The translations under genes and the position numbers were made by a program. Below the pieces are notes generated by a model. It saw nothing but the letters and a program-made list of their open reading frames with translations. It did not search any database and was not told the origin of the DNA. Below, in pieces: positions 36,401 through 49,967 of a stretch of DNA of 64,000 nucleotides. Each line of letters begins with the position of its first letter. Position 1 is the first letter of the stretch. The stretch comes from Amphiscolops sp. MND2022 (taxonomy: Eukaryota), in the NCBI GenBank assembly GCA_964187785.1, contig OZ076409.1, positions 55,740,001-55,804,000 on the forward strand. Direction: 5' to 3'.

Positions 36401-38540
36401 GTTCAAATTACCGTCAAAATCCAAGATGGACAAAGTCAACGGAATCGATATTGAGTTTATTTTAAAAAAACGGGGACTTTCCCCAAAAACAGATTGACTA
36501 CGGACAGAGAGAAACCGTATATTACAGCCTCAACGAACACGAATAGTCTGCAAGGGACGAGCGAATGAACGCGTCCAGGAAAATAGACCGTGCCAACAGG
36601 GCAGAAAACTAATCGATCGAGAAGCTAAAGTACCTCCTTTGCATTAGATTCTTTCAATATTGTGAAACAAATGGAACGATGTCATTACAAGTATTCTCGC
36701 CGAACAACAACCGTCCTGGATCAGCAATACTTCGGATGGGGAGAATCAAGCCAGCCTGGTTAAACAAGACAAATGTCAGACGGACGTGCTGAAAAAATAC
36801 CGCCGGCATAAAAGTATCAAACTTATTATGTTGAAACAGACAGCGAAATTAAATCAGCACGATGAGGCAAACAACGAGAGGACTACAGACGCGATCAAAA
36901 AGGCCGAAAACGATTTCGCGATGGGGTTTTGCCACTGCTAGTGGACCAGAAAGCCAGGGACGTGAAAATACTGAATGTTATTTCAGCAATCGAGACCGAC
37001 CGTTTAGGCGATATTTTCTACTATCATCGGCCACACAAAGAACACCTTACCCCCAGGTCCGGACTGCTATTTTCAACGATAAAATAGTTATCCCCGAGGC
37101 AATGAGGACGCCCGTAATTGCAATGGTACATCAACGCCACGTAGCAGTCACGAAGATAGATAAAGCTGCCAAGGCGTTCTGGTGGACAGGATTACACCGC
37201 GACCTAAGGGAAAAATCAGAAACTTGCCCCAGCTGTAGAGCCGCAGAAAAGAATCATAAAACACAAATACCGCAAACTGAAATAAATAGACTAGAATTTT
37301 TAACGGAGTTAAGACAAGAAAATCAATTGGATTTCGCTGGTCCAATCAAATCCCAAAACAAGCGGAGATGTATATTTTTAGTAGCAATCGACCGCTTTAG
37401 AAATGGACTGACTGCACAACTGTGTAAAAATACGGACACACGGACCGTACTAAACTGTTTAACCAAGTATTTTTCGGACAACGGAACACCACGGACAATT
37501 CGTACCGACAACGGTAGCTGTTTTAAAAGTAAGGAGTTTTAAAAATTTTGCGACGACGAAACCTTCAAGCGAATCCGGAGTACACCAGTTTTACACACCG
37601 GCACCGGATTGGTGGAAAGAACAATACTGACAATTAAGTCGTTAACAAGAGCTAATTTAGAAGAAAGCTTGACATTTGAAGAGAGCGTCCAATTGGCAAT
37701 AAAAACGCCGCACAACACACTGAATGTGACATCTTTCCAAATGCACCTACAACGTAAGCCACGTACGGCTAATACTAATATGATTTGCCAACCCTCATGC
37801 TTCCTGTCCACTTGGAAGAAAACGTTGACAAAATATGTTTTAGCACAACCCACAGGGCTAGACGTTTTCACAATAAACGACCCAGGTGGAAAATTGGCGG
37901 ACTATCTGGTGTTGAACGATACAAGAAAAAGAGCCCGATTGGTAAGCCAAGACTTCAAACAGTATAACTGTTACGAAAAAGAGACTAAATCCAACGCCAT
38001 GAAATCTAGATTTGAAACGGACAAGTCCAGACTACGGTAACAGAATCTGATAACATCATAACGACTGTTGAGGGAATAATATTACAATAAAAATAGCTTC
38101 TAGCCCAAAACATGTTCAGCCCACAAAGAAGACCGAAGAGTCCAGGAAACCCACAAACCGGTGCCGCAGATGCGGAAGACTCACCAATTAGGACTTCTGC
38201 GACACGCACAGGAGACTAATGCAAGACTACAGCCAGCGCTGATGTCGGCACAAGCCATACTTCTCCAGCAATGCCGATAACAGAGCCCGAAACTCGCCGC
38301 AGTTTGCCGTGACTGCTGGGGACAAATAAACATTCGCAGATCCCATAGAATTGGAACTGCAAACCGGGTCGAAAAATTAAACGGAATGGAATATTTCTAG
38401 TCAGTGGCGTTTAGTAAAAGTAGCCAAAACAGTGGGAAGAGTCATTAGCTTCACCCGCAGCAAGTTTGCAAACAAAGACGGATTGAGCCCACCCGAGACA
38501 ACCGGAAATCAGATTGGTTTCCTGATCTATGAAGAGGGAA

Positions 38541-38733
38541 TGTGGTATAGCCAACGTATTTAAGTCTAAACAGAAGACAAGAAAGTACCCGCCTCAAACA
38601 ACAAGCTGAAACAATTTCCTCTCGTTGTGTGCTGCCATAGAATTAAGTTAGATACTCTGAGTTACTGATTGATTTTACTCATTCCTACTCTGAAGAACTC
38701 TTAGAAACTTGTCTTTCATATTAGTATACTACA
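38541..38733 (+). repeat. 3' LTR of the decayed gypsy element
   Basis: TGTGG...CTACA, directly after the PPT. Confidence 0.85.
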
Positions 38734-38950
38734 ATTGGAATGGCAACAAAGAGCAGCCAGACATTTGGGATTTTGAGCAAGTCATTTTTGAAATCACAGC
38801 TTGAAGTTTAATACCACTGCTTGAGCACTCGACTACACCTACGGTACTGTAGCTTGCTTTGGCGCGATAGCACCCGAAAGGTGATCGACTTAGAAAAGCT
38901 GAACTGCTTATTCGGCGTCCACCCCACAGAACTGCGGAATTAAACTTAAT
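38734..38950 (+). mobile_element. SINE 3' part with stem-loop tail
   Basis: GAGCAGCCAGAC and CTTGCT..GATAG..CGACTTAGAAAAGC..TTATTCGGCGTCCACC match the minus-strand SINE at 29935-30075. Confidence 0.6.
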
Positions 38951-39024
38951 TTAAGCAGGGATCATTGATGGAAGACAAGAATTGATTTTTGGAACTAACT
39001 TTTCGTCGAACACACCTATTAGAC

Positions 39025-40756
39025 TGTCACAGGCTGCGACCTGTGACGGGATCAAATACACGACCTCTACATACAAAAAAAATCGCATGGGGAACTCTTT
39101 TGACCTGTTAGAACTAAACCTTTCACGTTCTTAAAACAATTTAGCTTGTTTTAATATGTCATGAATTATTGTATTTGATAATAACATTGAATTTGGATTT
39201 GATATTAGCCTGGTAATATTACCGGAAATATTCCGATCAAGAGTTGGATTCACTGTATGTAGTAAGCTATCGATGAATTATGAGTGAAGTGAGCTAGAAG
39301 TACGGAAGCGAGTTCAACTGAGCTCCCGTACTTTTATCGCTGCGATACTTACCGGCTTCTCATTAACCAATCATAGATCTCCATTTTACAGTGAAGAATA
39401 GCTATTTGCCGATTACGGCTATTTGAATAGATGCTCACTGTGCAGTAATAGCAATTAGGCAAATGACCGGTTCCGACTAAAAACGTGACAAGTATTCAAG
39501 GCTCTATGAGTACTTTGATAGTAATTAGTTGAAGGCTTGTGTAGTATTTAGATGTTTAGATAATCTGTTATTGAAGATTATCAGTAATATTGTGTTTGTT
39601 GCTAGTGTGAATAATATCAGAGTGTTTGTTGCTAGCTGTAGTAATAGCCATTCGTACCAGTCTATGCACCAAACTCGACAAACAAATTGTGTTAGCCACC
39701 AGTCTAATAGCCTAGTAAGGCTATAAGGCTACTTTGTCATTGTTATATCAACATGCAACTTTAATACCTGACGCATTCTATGACCTTTTGTATTGCATGC
39801 TTAGCCACGTGTCCAAGTGCGTTATCACATATTTTGAACATTTCAGTGGAATTTGTTGATATGAAGCTGATATTTGTTTATGGTCAGTTGACGTACTTTT
39901 CCGAATAAGTTTCTTTGAACTGAATTCCTTTAGCACTTCGATATCGATGATGTTGGCGCTATATCAAAGAATTGTTGATGTTGATCACATGAACACTTAG
40001 TGAATAGGTTCGAAATGTCGTTAAAATATGTAAACACTGCGAGTGTCATGCTAATGAGAGTATATAAAGCCCTTACTCCTTGAAGCTGACAAAACTTCGC
40101 AGAAATTTATTACTGTTCAAACTCACTCAAAATCGTTTTTCCGATAGAACTAGTGAAAGACGCATAATCGGACATTCTTCATGAGTACTACAAGAAAACA
40201 AAAAAACAAAGCTAGAAAATCTAGAGATGCTGATATGTTATCAGACATAGATAACATGGATGTGATGCTACGTAGCAACCACTTTGAACAAGAGGAAAGC
40301 GAGCTTAGCAACTCGGTCCGAAGCCCGGAACGCCCTAGTTACAACGCCATATCTAATCATGACTTGAACTCTCACTCTAACTCCAGGGAGAATGCAAGTA
40401 GGGATTTTACCGTGAATGGTCAAAACTCGAGGGAAGTTGATTCAAACAGTGAAATCAATAGTCTGTCTGGGGAATTGAATTGAAGGATGACTCAAGAAAC
40501 GAAAATCTAATGAGTATAGTGAGCTCGCAAATTCAGAGAGCTATAACTGAAGCTTTTAACGAGCAAGTTTTACCCCAGATTCAAGCTACTCTTTGGTCTG
40601 GACAAGGACCAGTACCCGATAGAGGATGGGATGTCCTGGGCAGAAGACCGGAATGTAGATCTGAAGAAGCCCTAAACCGCAAGTTCAGAAGTAGTTCGAG
40701 AGATGAGCTACGTAGGAACTTCAATAGAAACGAAGAACTAGAGAATACTCATTACA
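39025..40756 (+). mobile_element. Solo LTR (~1.73 kb) related to the 11289-12838 LTR, containing a decayed ORF1 start (40181-40756)
   Basis: TGTCAC start and CATTACA end; homologous 5' end, promoter block and MSTTRKQK ORF. Flanks TAGAC/GTGAC match only partly as a TSD. Confidence 0.7.
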
Positions 40757-41574
40757 GTGACCCAATAGATATACTTGAAAAGGGGATAGGTGTCCCTCAT
40801 AACCAAATGTTGTATTCTGAATCTGAAGGGCGTTTCAAATTCGTAAAAATTCGTTTGTAAGAGACTGAAATTGTGGCTTCAAATAAAGTTGAGTACCCTG
40901 CCGTTTACCTGGCTTGAGGTGTACTCAAGTTATAAGAAACGTCTTATATTTCATGCCTTGAATGAACAGTCTGATCAACAGTTTGAACAAAAGTATGAAA
41001 ACAAACGTGGAAAGTCAGGAAGTACAGTTAGAAATTGTTTCAGTTCATGTGAACAATCATTGACACAAGTCACTATACCACTGGTGGACAATCAGGTAGA
41101 ACTTGGGAAATGACGTCCTCAACTTTTTCGGTACCAATGCACTGGACATTTTTTGTTTTACTGAGGAAACAACTATTAGTCAAGTTGCAACAACACAGGG
41201 TCCATCTTCGGAAATATTTGTTATGGAGTATCGGCAAGTCTTCCTGCTTGTGATTTTTTTTTTGGATTTACATCAGTATTCCAGCGAAATTCAAAGTCTG
41301 TGATTATACTTGAAGGAATTGAGCCCACGCAAACATTTGATCAATTTTTCAGCAAAAGTAGAGTTAGTTAATCAAATGAAGTACCTACTTGCACTCAAGC
41401 GTCTGTTTTGCATTTTAGTTTGCTGCAACCGAGTGTACGTTTTTAGAATCAAAATTCAAATTCAGCATGTACCGTACTGTTTTACGCCATCTTTCTGTTT
41501 CAACTTTATATGATAGCAAACAAGCTGAGAACGGCGTAGATCAGCGCCCCTATTAAAGCTCATAAAGCGCAGAG

Positions 41575-41993
41575 TACTTGGCTCTTTTCTGTTTTCCCCC
41601 CCACCACCAAAATTTTTGGAAGTAAATTTCCTTAAAAACTTTAGACTAGCCTAATTAAAAGTAAAACCTTCTTTCATAATGGGAAGTTAACGTTCATTGG
41701 AATAGTGTTTTGCTTTAACAAAACATTGTTCACGCTTTTTGACTATAATTGTGTTCGTATTAAGTGTTTATTGATGACTCAAAACAGGAAGCTGTTGATT
41801 TCTTCATCAAAATGCGTGACTACATATTGAAAAAGTGTGAACAAAATTTGTATCTGAATCCTAAACTATCACATTAAGAATGAATGTAAATTTGAAGCTT
41901 TCTGGTTTGTATTCAAGTCTTTTTGTTATACGATTTTAACTAATTTTCCAAAAAAAACTTGGTGGTGGGGGGAAAACAGAAAAGAGCCGAATA
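41575..41993. mobile_element. MITE (~420 bp) with long TIRs, probable TA target
   Basis: GGCTCTTTTCTGTTTTCCCCCCCACCACCAA at one end and TTGGTGGTGGGGGGAAAACAGAAAAGAGCC at the other. Confidence 0.75.
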
Positions 41994-42243
41994 CTTCAAA
42001 TAGTTAAGAAACTTCTAAGAAAATTCCTAATCTCACTGTGCCGAAAAAAACAGCATGAGGGACACTTTGGACTTGAAAGACTTTTTCTAGCTAAAAATGT
42101 CAAAAATCAAAGGACACTGTTTTTTAAAATAAAAAGTTCCCTAAAATGTCTGACAGTTCTGAAAAAGTACCCACATATTGCTTTTTGATCTGAATAAATC
42201 TGCTTTAAATGAGCGTCTGATCTCTTTGAATCATTTCGGTTTT

Positions 42244-42782
42244 ATTCGGCGCTTTTCGTAGAGAAACGCAGACTATAGCAGTGACTTTTCTTTTTTTTGA
42301 CCAACGAAGTGACAGATTTTGAAAGCTTTATAAGCTGGCATCCACTAACTGCCACAGTAATGTAACTTCTACTGCCACTTGGCATAGAGGTTAATTAGGA
42401 TTTTTTGAAGTCTGCCAAGCAGAAGGACGTGGGTTCGAGTCTCGCCCTTGACCAAAATTTTTTGTGCATGTTATTTCGGCTTAATGAGACTTTCTTTTCC
42501 CAATTTTTTTTAATGTCTCCAAAGGGTCTCCCTTCAATTTTTTTCTTTTTTGCAACAGAATGGATGTTGAAAAAATCCGAAAGGGTCCCCCTTCTACATT
42601 TTTCGGCACTATGCGACTTACCGGAGACCAAAAAAATATCGGAAAAAATTTCAAAAAAAATCGATTTTTTTCAATTTTTTCCTCATTCCGGTACTGTAAA
42701 AGAGAATACTTGACACTTCGAAGTCCTTTTGCTATTTTTGAGCCTTAGATATGGCGCCGACTTGGGCCGTTCCCGGCTTGTT
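42244..42782 (+). mobile_element. Family A Helentron-like copy
   Basis: ATTCGGCGC start; GGCGCCGACTTGGGCCGTTCCCGGCTTGTT end; internal B-box-like GGGTTCGAGTC. Confidence 0.6.
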
Positions 42783-42960
42783 AGTTTAAGTTGCAGAATT
42801 TTTAGGGTCATTTCGACTGCGTTAAAAATTTATGAAAAAAAGTTTCTAAAAAGCCACTATAATGGTCGCGACTAATCTAAGCAATCCAAACAAGGCCTTC
42901 AGTTTTTTCGGTGACGACACAGATTTTTACGGAAGAATTAGGTCGTATTTTAAATTTACA

Positions 42961-43386
42961 TATTCGGTTCTTTTCTGTCCAATAATCCCCCCCCCACCAC
43001 CAAAATTTTTGAAAATAACTTTCCCTAAAAACTTTAGATTATCCTAATTAAAAGTAAAACCTTCTTTCATAACAGGAAGTTAACTTCTATTAGAGTAGTT
43101 TTCCGCTTGAACAAAACATTGTTCACGCATTTTGACTATAATTATGTTCGTATTGAGTGTCTATTGATGACTTAAAACAGGAAGCTGTTGATTTCTGCAT
43201 CAAAAATGCGTGACTACTAACGGAAAAAGTGTGAACAAAGTTTGTATCTGAATCCATAACTATCACCTTGAGAATAAGTTTAAAACTGAAGCTTTCTGGT
43301 TTGTATTCAAATCTATTTGTCATAATATTTTCCACTAATTTTCCATAAAACTTTTGGTGGTGGGGGGGGACAGAAAAGAGCCCATA
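42961..43386. mobile_element. Second copy of the ~420-bp MITE
   Basis: Colinear with 41575-41993, with the same TIRs. Confidence 0.75.
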
Positions 43387-45620
43387 TTCAATATACACAT
43401 ATACACTTATACTCAATTTTTGGAAACCCTGCATTTAAAGTAAGTTTATATGGCTCACTGGGTGTTGAAACGTTGCTGTACTTCGATGCTTGGTTAGTGC
43501 TGAGTCTTCAAAAAAATAATTACTCAGATGACGTAATGATAAATCATATTGAAAAGTATTGTTTGAAAAACGAGTACATGAGATTGGAATGTGTTCTAAT
43601 TATTTGCCGAACTTTTATTGAAGTTTTCTTTTCTGGAACAACATTTCATTGATGAAAAGAGTCAGAAACAATCTTCTATTGAAAATAGTAAGCTTCAGTC
43701 GAATTCAGAAAAAAGATGTAAAAAAAGTAATTTTCGATGTTTTTTTCAATTGTTTAGTATTGTTCCAAACCGGGGAGTTTGTTCGCACTGAGGCTTTTTT
43801 CTCCTTGGAGCTTAAAAGTTTGAACACATGGATCAAGAATATTTTTGAGTTAGGTGGATAGCTACTAGCATTAGTGTGAGTTCACACCAGAAAGTTGATT
43901 TCATGTTTCTTCTGGCTCAAAAAAGACAAACGTGTATATTCAAGCATTTCAAGATTTTCTTCAGTGTGCTGCACAGACAAAACATTTATACATTTATACT
44001 GTGACATTTGTACATCTAGTATTAGCGTCATTGAAACTCGAAACGATACCAAATTTGTTTCAAGCCTACAGTTGCTCTCGAGTCGTCTTCAGCGTAAGGA
44101 GGTTTGTTCCGTTTTTTGCTGCTTTTTGTAAATACATTTTCTTCTGTTTTGCTGCTGAGTAAATTCTGCATATTGCAACAGTTTAATTCATTTCCGATTT
44201 GCAGTTTAATTTTCGAGTCCTTGACATTTTTTGTTCATAATCTGATTGTTTTGCACGAAAAATTTCTCGTTCACTGGTTGTCTTCACATTTTGTTCATTC
44301 TTCACTATAATTTCTCCCGAAGCTAAAATGAGAGTACATTAGACACGTTATTGCTTCAAACAACGAAAGTGAACGTAGCTCCGTTGTTTCCTGTTCAATA
44401 TTCATCTTCGAGACACGTGTGAAATTACGTCAACTCTTGTGAACACAATCATCTATGCAAGAAAAAAACGTTATTTACCGATCCACGTTTTTACGTATTT
44501 CGCTAGAAAACAGTTCATACGATCAGTTATCGAATGCTATACACCTTCCAAACACAATAGACTTGCCAAATTACAAATTGTCAATCACAAAAAGTGAGTA
44601 AAAAGACATTTTTTGGTTCTCCGAGAGACGTCAGTGAAAGATTTAGGGTGGCCTCCAAAAATCTGTCATTTTCTGAATATTACCTTGTTTAAGGCTCATT
44701 AGGCCTCTTATTACTGTTTCTTTACGGAAATGGCTTGCTGTCTAACCGGTGGACAAGGACACCATTGTTTCGAAAAAACATGTGACAAATAGGTCAATTG
44801 GGAGCTTAGCAAAGGTGGGACGCGGAATTTTCGTCGTCAGAAATTTCGTCTTAGGAAATTTCGTCGTATTAGCAAATCCAGCGCTCGTAGAAATGAAGTA
44901 GTGAAATGATTTTGAAATAGTTCGCAATAGTTCAGTGGCTTTTGCGGCGAAGTGTTTAGACGTTGTTCAACTTTATTACCTCAAAATTTCCATCTTGAAA
45001 CAGATCATCGACAAAAAAAGTTTGAGAATAAAAACTGAAACTACCCAGTATGCGAAAAATTTTTTTGGGAAAAAAGTTTTTCAATTTTAATCAGTGATGT
45101 TCTTGTCGCGATTTTCCTTGCAAAAATAGATTTCGATACAATAAGGTGGAAAGTATCACCGTGCACTATTTCTATGAATGATAAGTTTTTAAATTCAGAA
45201 ACGCTTGTTTGGTAGCAAGAATGTAGTAAAATATGCCCTCGCTGGTGAAAAAAAAACCATTTCAAAAAATCACTCACTTATATTAGTCAATGAAATATTA
45301 TTATACGGTCTGAATCGATGTTCATCTTCAGAAAAAAGTTTGCTACCAAACAGTTCCTAAAAACAGAACTTTTCAACAATTCTTTGTATACAGGGTAGTT
45401 TAAGTTTCTGTTCGCAAACTTTGGTTGTCGATCTGTTTCAAGCTTGAAATTGCGCAGTAATCACTACTGAATAACTTCTGACTTCTTGTCAATCATATCA
45501 CTACTACTTTCATACAGGCTTTCGCGCAGCTCTAATGATCAATTGTTACGATAATTATCACTGAACGTGATTATTCAGATACTATTTTTAAAAGGGAGTT
45601 CTTGCTCACCAGTTACAGCA

Positions 45621-46044
45621 CGGGGTTCTCTTCTGTAACGCCCCCCCCCCAAAAAAAAAAAATTTGGAAATGAATTTCCTTAAAAATTTCAGAATAGTCT
45701 AATAGTCTAAAAATAAACCCTTTTTTGATAATAAGAAGTTAACGTCTATTAGTATAGCTGTTTGTTTGAACAAAACATTTTTCACGCATTTTGACTATAA
45801 TTATCTATTCGTAGTCAGTTTTTTGTGACTCAAAACAGGAAGCTGTTGAGTTTGCATCAAGAATGCGTGACTTCATAGACAAAAAAAGGCGAACAAAGTT
45901 TGTATCTCAACTCTAAACTGTCATCCTGGAAATAAATATAAAATTGAAGGTTTCTGGTTTGTATTCAAGTCTTTTGTTATAATATTTTCACTAATTTTCC
46001 AAATTTTCCCGAATTTTGGTGGTTGGGGAAAACAGAAGAGAGCA
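45621..46044. mobile_element. Third, more diverged copy of the ~420-bp MITE
   Basis: Shared internal blocks (TTTGACTATAATT, AAAACAGGAAGCTGTTGA, TTTCTGGTTTGTATTCAAG) and degenerate TIRs. Confidence 0.7.
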
Positions 46045-46656
46045 CAGCACCGGCCATTTCAGAAAGAACATAGTCATAAAATGCCATATGAATGCTCTAC
46101 TGTATAATAACTGCTGTGTGCCGCAATTACCCCATTTGTTCTAGTCAGTTCTTCGTCGGTAAACTTCCCATGAACAGAAAGACCTAAATAATCTAACCGG
46201 CTAAAGCTGGAGCAGTGAGTGCCCCATAACGAAGCTATGGCACGATTTACCTCATTCGTTAAAAACAGCGTCCACAGTCTGAGCGATTACTCTGCTTTGA
46301 GATAGAGTAGAAAAATTCATTTCACGTTTCTCGCTTTTCTTTGGCTTTTCCGTAGAGCAGACTTCGAAATGCAAATACAATAAATGTCGAAAGACTTGAA
46401 AAAAAAACAGTTTGAAACATAGTCAAACTATGTTCCATTTACAAACTGAAATTTGACGTATTTGTCAATACGTCGCTTGTTTGAGGTGGTTTCATCCTCA
46501 CATTTGACTATCTGTCATTTTCTAAGGAACGCTGAAGTCTCTTTCCAAGCAACGTTTGCCTGAAGGCTTGTTTAATTCAATAGTTTTGACCACAGTTCTC
46601 ATCTGCGTTTACCCCGAAAATTACAACATATCAACAAAATTGCCATAATTATTCTT

Positions 46657-47142
46657 AACAAGCCGGGACCGGCCCAAGTCGGCGCCATATCTAAGACTCA
46701 AAAATAGCAAAAAGACTTCAAAGTATCAAAAGATTCTCTAAAATATCAAAAAGACTTCAAAGTGTCAAACTATTCTCTTCTACAGTACCTGTGAAACCCA
46801 AAAGATTGGACCGGATTGGTGCGCTAAAGGGAGGACCCTTTGGCATTTTTTAACATCCATTGTTGCAAAACATCAAAAAGTTGAAGGGGAATTTTCTCGA
46901 AAAACAAGTCTCACAATAACAAAAAAATTGAAAGGGGGAGCCTTTAGTGTCTCCCGGTTTTGCATTTTACGCGGAAAAAGAGGAAAAACCTTTTTGGTTC
47001 AGTTCGCTAGACCAAGGGATTCAATTTAGGACCATAAATTTTCGTAGAACTTTCAAGAACTATTTTGGTCAGTTCATGTGGTTTGAAAAAAATTTCAAAA
47101 AGTGGCTATAGTAGTCGCGTTTCACTTCATGAAGCGCCGACT
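46657..47142 (-). mobile_element. Family A Helentron-like copy, reverse orientation
   Basis: AACAAGCCGGGACCGGCCCAAGTCGGCGCC...GAAGCGCCGACT is the reverse complement of the 25138 copy. Confidence 0.65.
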
Positions 47143-47149
47143 GAAAATA

Positions 47150-48484
47150 AACGACATGACACCTTTACTGGGAGTAAACTTACGAAAACACCTACAATAC
47201 ACCATCAAAAAAATCTCACAGGACAAAGAAAAGAACTAATCAGAAGCTATCCACACAAATTTCTGGAACTTATTTGAAACGAACCATACAATTAAAACAC
47301 AGCGATGAAAATACAAAACAAACGGTATGCTACCCAAAACAAAAAGTACGACCGATACCGTACCACTTATAGGACGGCGTGAAAAAACGAATTGTACAGA
47401 CTTCAAAATCTTGACACTTAGAAGCAAAAAAAACATCGAAGACGATTGTTTCGTGCCCCCATAGTCATTACAGTCGAAACGGATAATCAGTCAAAAATGA
47501 ATGGATGGCTGAAAATTAAACGAAAGTTGCCTAAAGAAAAGACAAGATATGCCGAACGTGGATGAACTACTAAACCCAATCTCCTCAGAACTATCAGAAA
47601 TCCGCCCCAACTTAATTTGGACAACAGTTCTAAATCTAGAGCCACACCGACAAAGAGGATCAGCAGCAGGATGACGGCCGCTACTGATCAGCCATCGGGC
47701 TCAAAAATCGCAGAACCACCAATGACATGTGGTTACTGAAGAAAGGAACCTCATCGGGCAGAAAATAGCGAAAGAAGCTACGATTGGTTGAAAACAACGA
47801 GTAACCAAGAAATAAAAAGGACAATTCACCTCTTCGGATAAACCAAGTGACAAACCCATGGACCTAGACTTGAGCACAGTTTCAGAGGATGAATTCAATT
47901 GCTACTACTACACTGAAGGAAAACTCATACTTACAAACATTGAAGATTCCGAGACAGCTTCAAACACAATACAAATAAATAGTGAACCGACATCATCGGT
48001 GAGAAAATCAAAGAGATCCTTCAAGGAGATCAAAACAATCCGTGAAATTAGGCGGAGTACTCTAATAATAACGAAACAAAAACATTTTATTAACCGTTAT
48101 TTACTACAAGCAAACCAAGCAAAGCAGCCGAAGAAAAGTGAAGATACGGAGGACCGTAATATACGGACCATAATGAGAGACGTCAACTCCAACCGTAACA
48201 TACGTCAACCGTAATAATATAAGGAACTCCAACCACCAACTACCCCGCACAACCAACTTGACTTCATCCGGAGAGGGGGGAATATGGAATACAGAGGTCT
48301 TATTATTAGACCGAACTAAAGAAACATAGACAGAAAGTGGTTTATATACAAACTCTAATAATTCAGACTTTTATTTTCTGTTGCATGTCTTATTGTGACA
48401 GGACTTATTACTTGACTCAAGTCCACCATTGCTTGACTCAAGTCCACCATTACTTGACCACTTGGTTGCAAATATGGTACCATA
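47150..48484 (+). mobile_element. Gypsy remnant: RT fragment, PPT and one LTR (~48283-48484)
   Basis: EDDCFVPPIV.. and LNESCLKKRQDMPNVDELL resemble the RT at ~34980-35120. PPT GAGAGGGGGGAA is followed by TATGG...CCATA inverted termini. Confidence 0.6.
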
Positions 48485-48590
48485 GCTTGCTATGGGGAGA
48501 TAGTATCCGAAAGGGCGCCGACTTAGAAAAGCAGAACTGCTTATTTGGCGTTCACCCCGCGGAATTGGGGAAATTAACTTTCTTCTTTTC
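48485..48590 (+). mobile_element. SINE 3' tail
   Basis: Matches 38851-38946 and the reverse complement of 29935-30040. Confidence 0.6.
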
Positions 48591-49967
48591 TTGTGTGTTA
48601 TTACATCAGTAATGTGTTATTACGTCAGTATTGTTGTTAGAGTCACTACACTCTCAGTTGTAACCTAGAGATTAGAGAACTTAACATCATTTTTTAATGA
48701 AAAAATATTGTAGAAAAAAATCTGTTGCCCTGTTTTAGTGTCTTTTTGATAGAAGATTTCTTGAGGAATCATGTAAGATTCTTGGATGTAACATGGAAAT
48801 CCATCCATGACCATCGCGGCATGAATCATGCATGAATCATGAATCAACTTTGGACGGAATTTCATGACCGAGCAATCTAAAAAGCGAAATTCCATTGATA
48901 AGTTTAGTGAGAAAATTTTTAACTGTGTAAACTCGTACAAAAAAGCGCTTTCCTCTCAAAAGTTCATTCAGTGAAACAGCCCAACACATTTTTTATTCAA
49001 TTACCGCGCTAAAATTTGCGGAAATTGTTTCAATTGACAAATAACGTGTACAGGCACATTGAAGTTATTAAAATGACCAAGTCAGAGGAATATATTATAC
49101 GGAATTTTTGATGGGAAGGAAAACCATATTACAGCAATTATCTGCAGTTCTAATAGATCGCGTATGAAACACGTAGTTTTTTTGAAAACTTCTTTTATAA
49201 TTTTGAACCAAATAAATCGCGATAAAAGTGTATGCATTACAATGTCACAGCTGTAAGTTCAAGTCGGTCAAGTCAACTCACTGAAGCTGTGTCTGCTTGC
49301 TTTTGATGAAAATTTGTGTTGGCGTGTCAAACTGTTAATAATGTAAATCTACATGTTTGACAGACGACCACCTGGAACAAGGAAACATTTGTTCCTTCAG
49401 TAAGAACAAAATATTACTTCTTTTCAGGTGTTCAATCCTTTCCTCATTAAGGTTTCTATTACGTACCAGAATTTAGGCTTTGAAGACGTAACAATATAAA
49501 AGTAATGATCCAGACCACACAGAAGTGAAAATAACTTAGAGCTAAAAAGTGCATGGGTTAGAAACCAGACTAAATTTTTCAATGGAGCGGAATCATATGA
49601 CTTCTATCGATGCTTCAAGCTTCTACTGCACTTCTGGTTTTAGATGGTTGTGATTCCAACTACTTTTGAAAATTGGAGTCAAACATCTGGTTGCTGGTCT
49701 TTGAGTCTGGAATTACTCGTTCTTTTGGTCGAAAAATAACTCAGAAGTGATGATCACATTTTCCAGCGGTGATGACGCATTTAAATTTTTTTGGTCGCTT
49801 CTATCACGTTTCCTTTATTTTTCCAAAAATCACAGGTATTCTCCGCACAAGATTTTTTTTATACCTCCCAGATTTGCAATTATGCAAACTTCGCAGTTTG
49901 CTGTATTTCCATTATTGATGACATCATTGCGTGCACCGTTTTCGGTCACCGTAGTAGTAGTCATAAA

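Larger units (their letters stand above)
33287..38733 (+). mobile_element. Decayed full-length Ty3/gypsy element (Mag-like) with short LTRs
   Basis: LTRs at 33287-33482 and 38541-38733, PBS TGGCGCAATC at 33483, PPT GAAGAGGGAA at 38531-38540. Fragmented gag (CNNCKRMGHFAKVC), protease (INTGS), RT (LALDSRRLN, DLDYAYGQ, WQDD), RNase H (TTDA, LELL) and integrase (LDFAGP, IDRF, TDNG, VER), with many stops and frameshifts. Confidence 0.9.
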
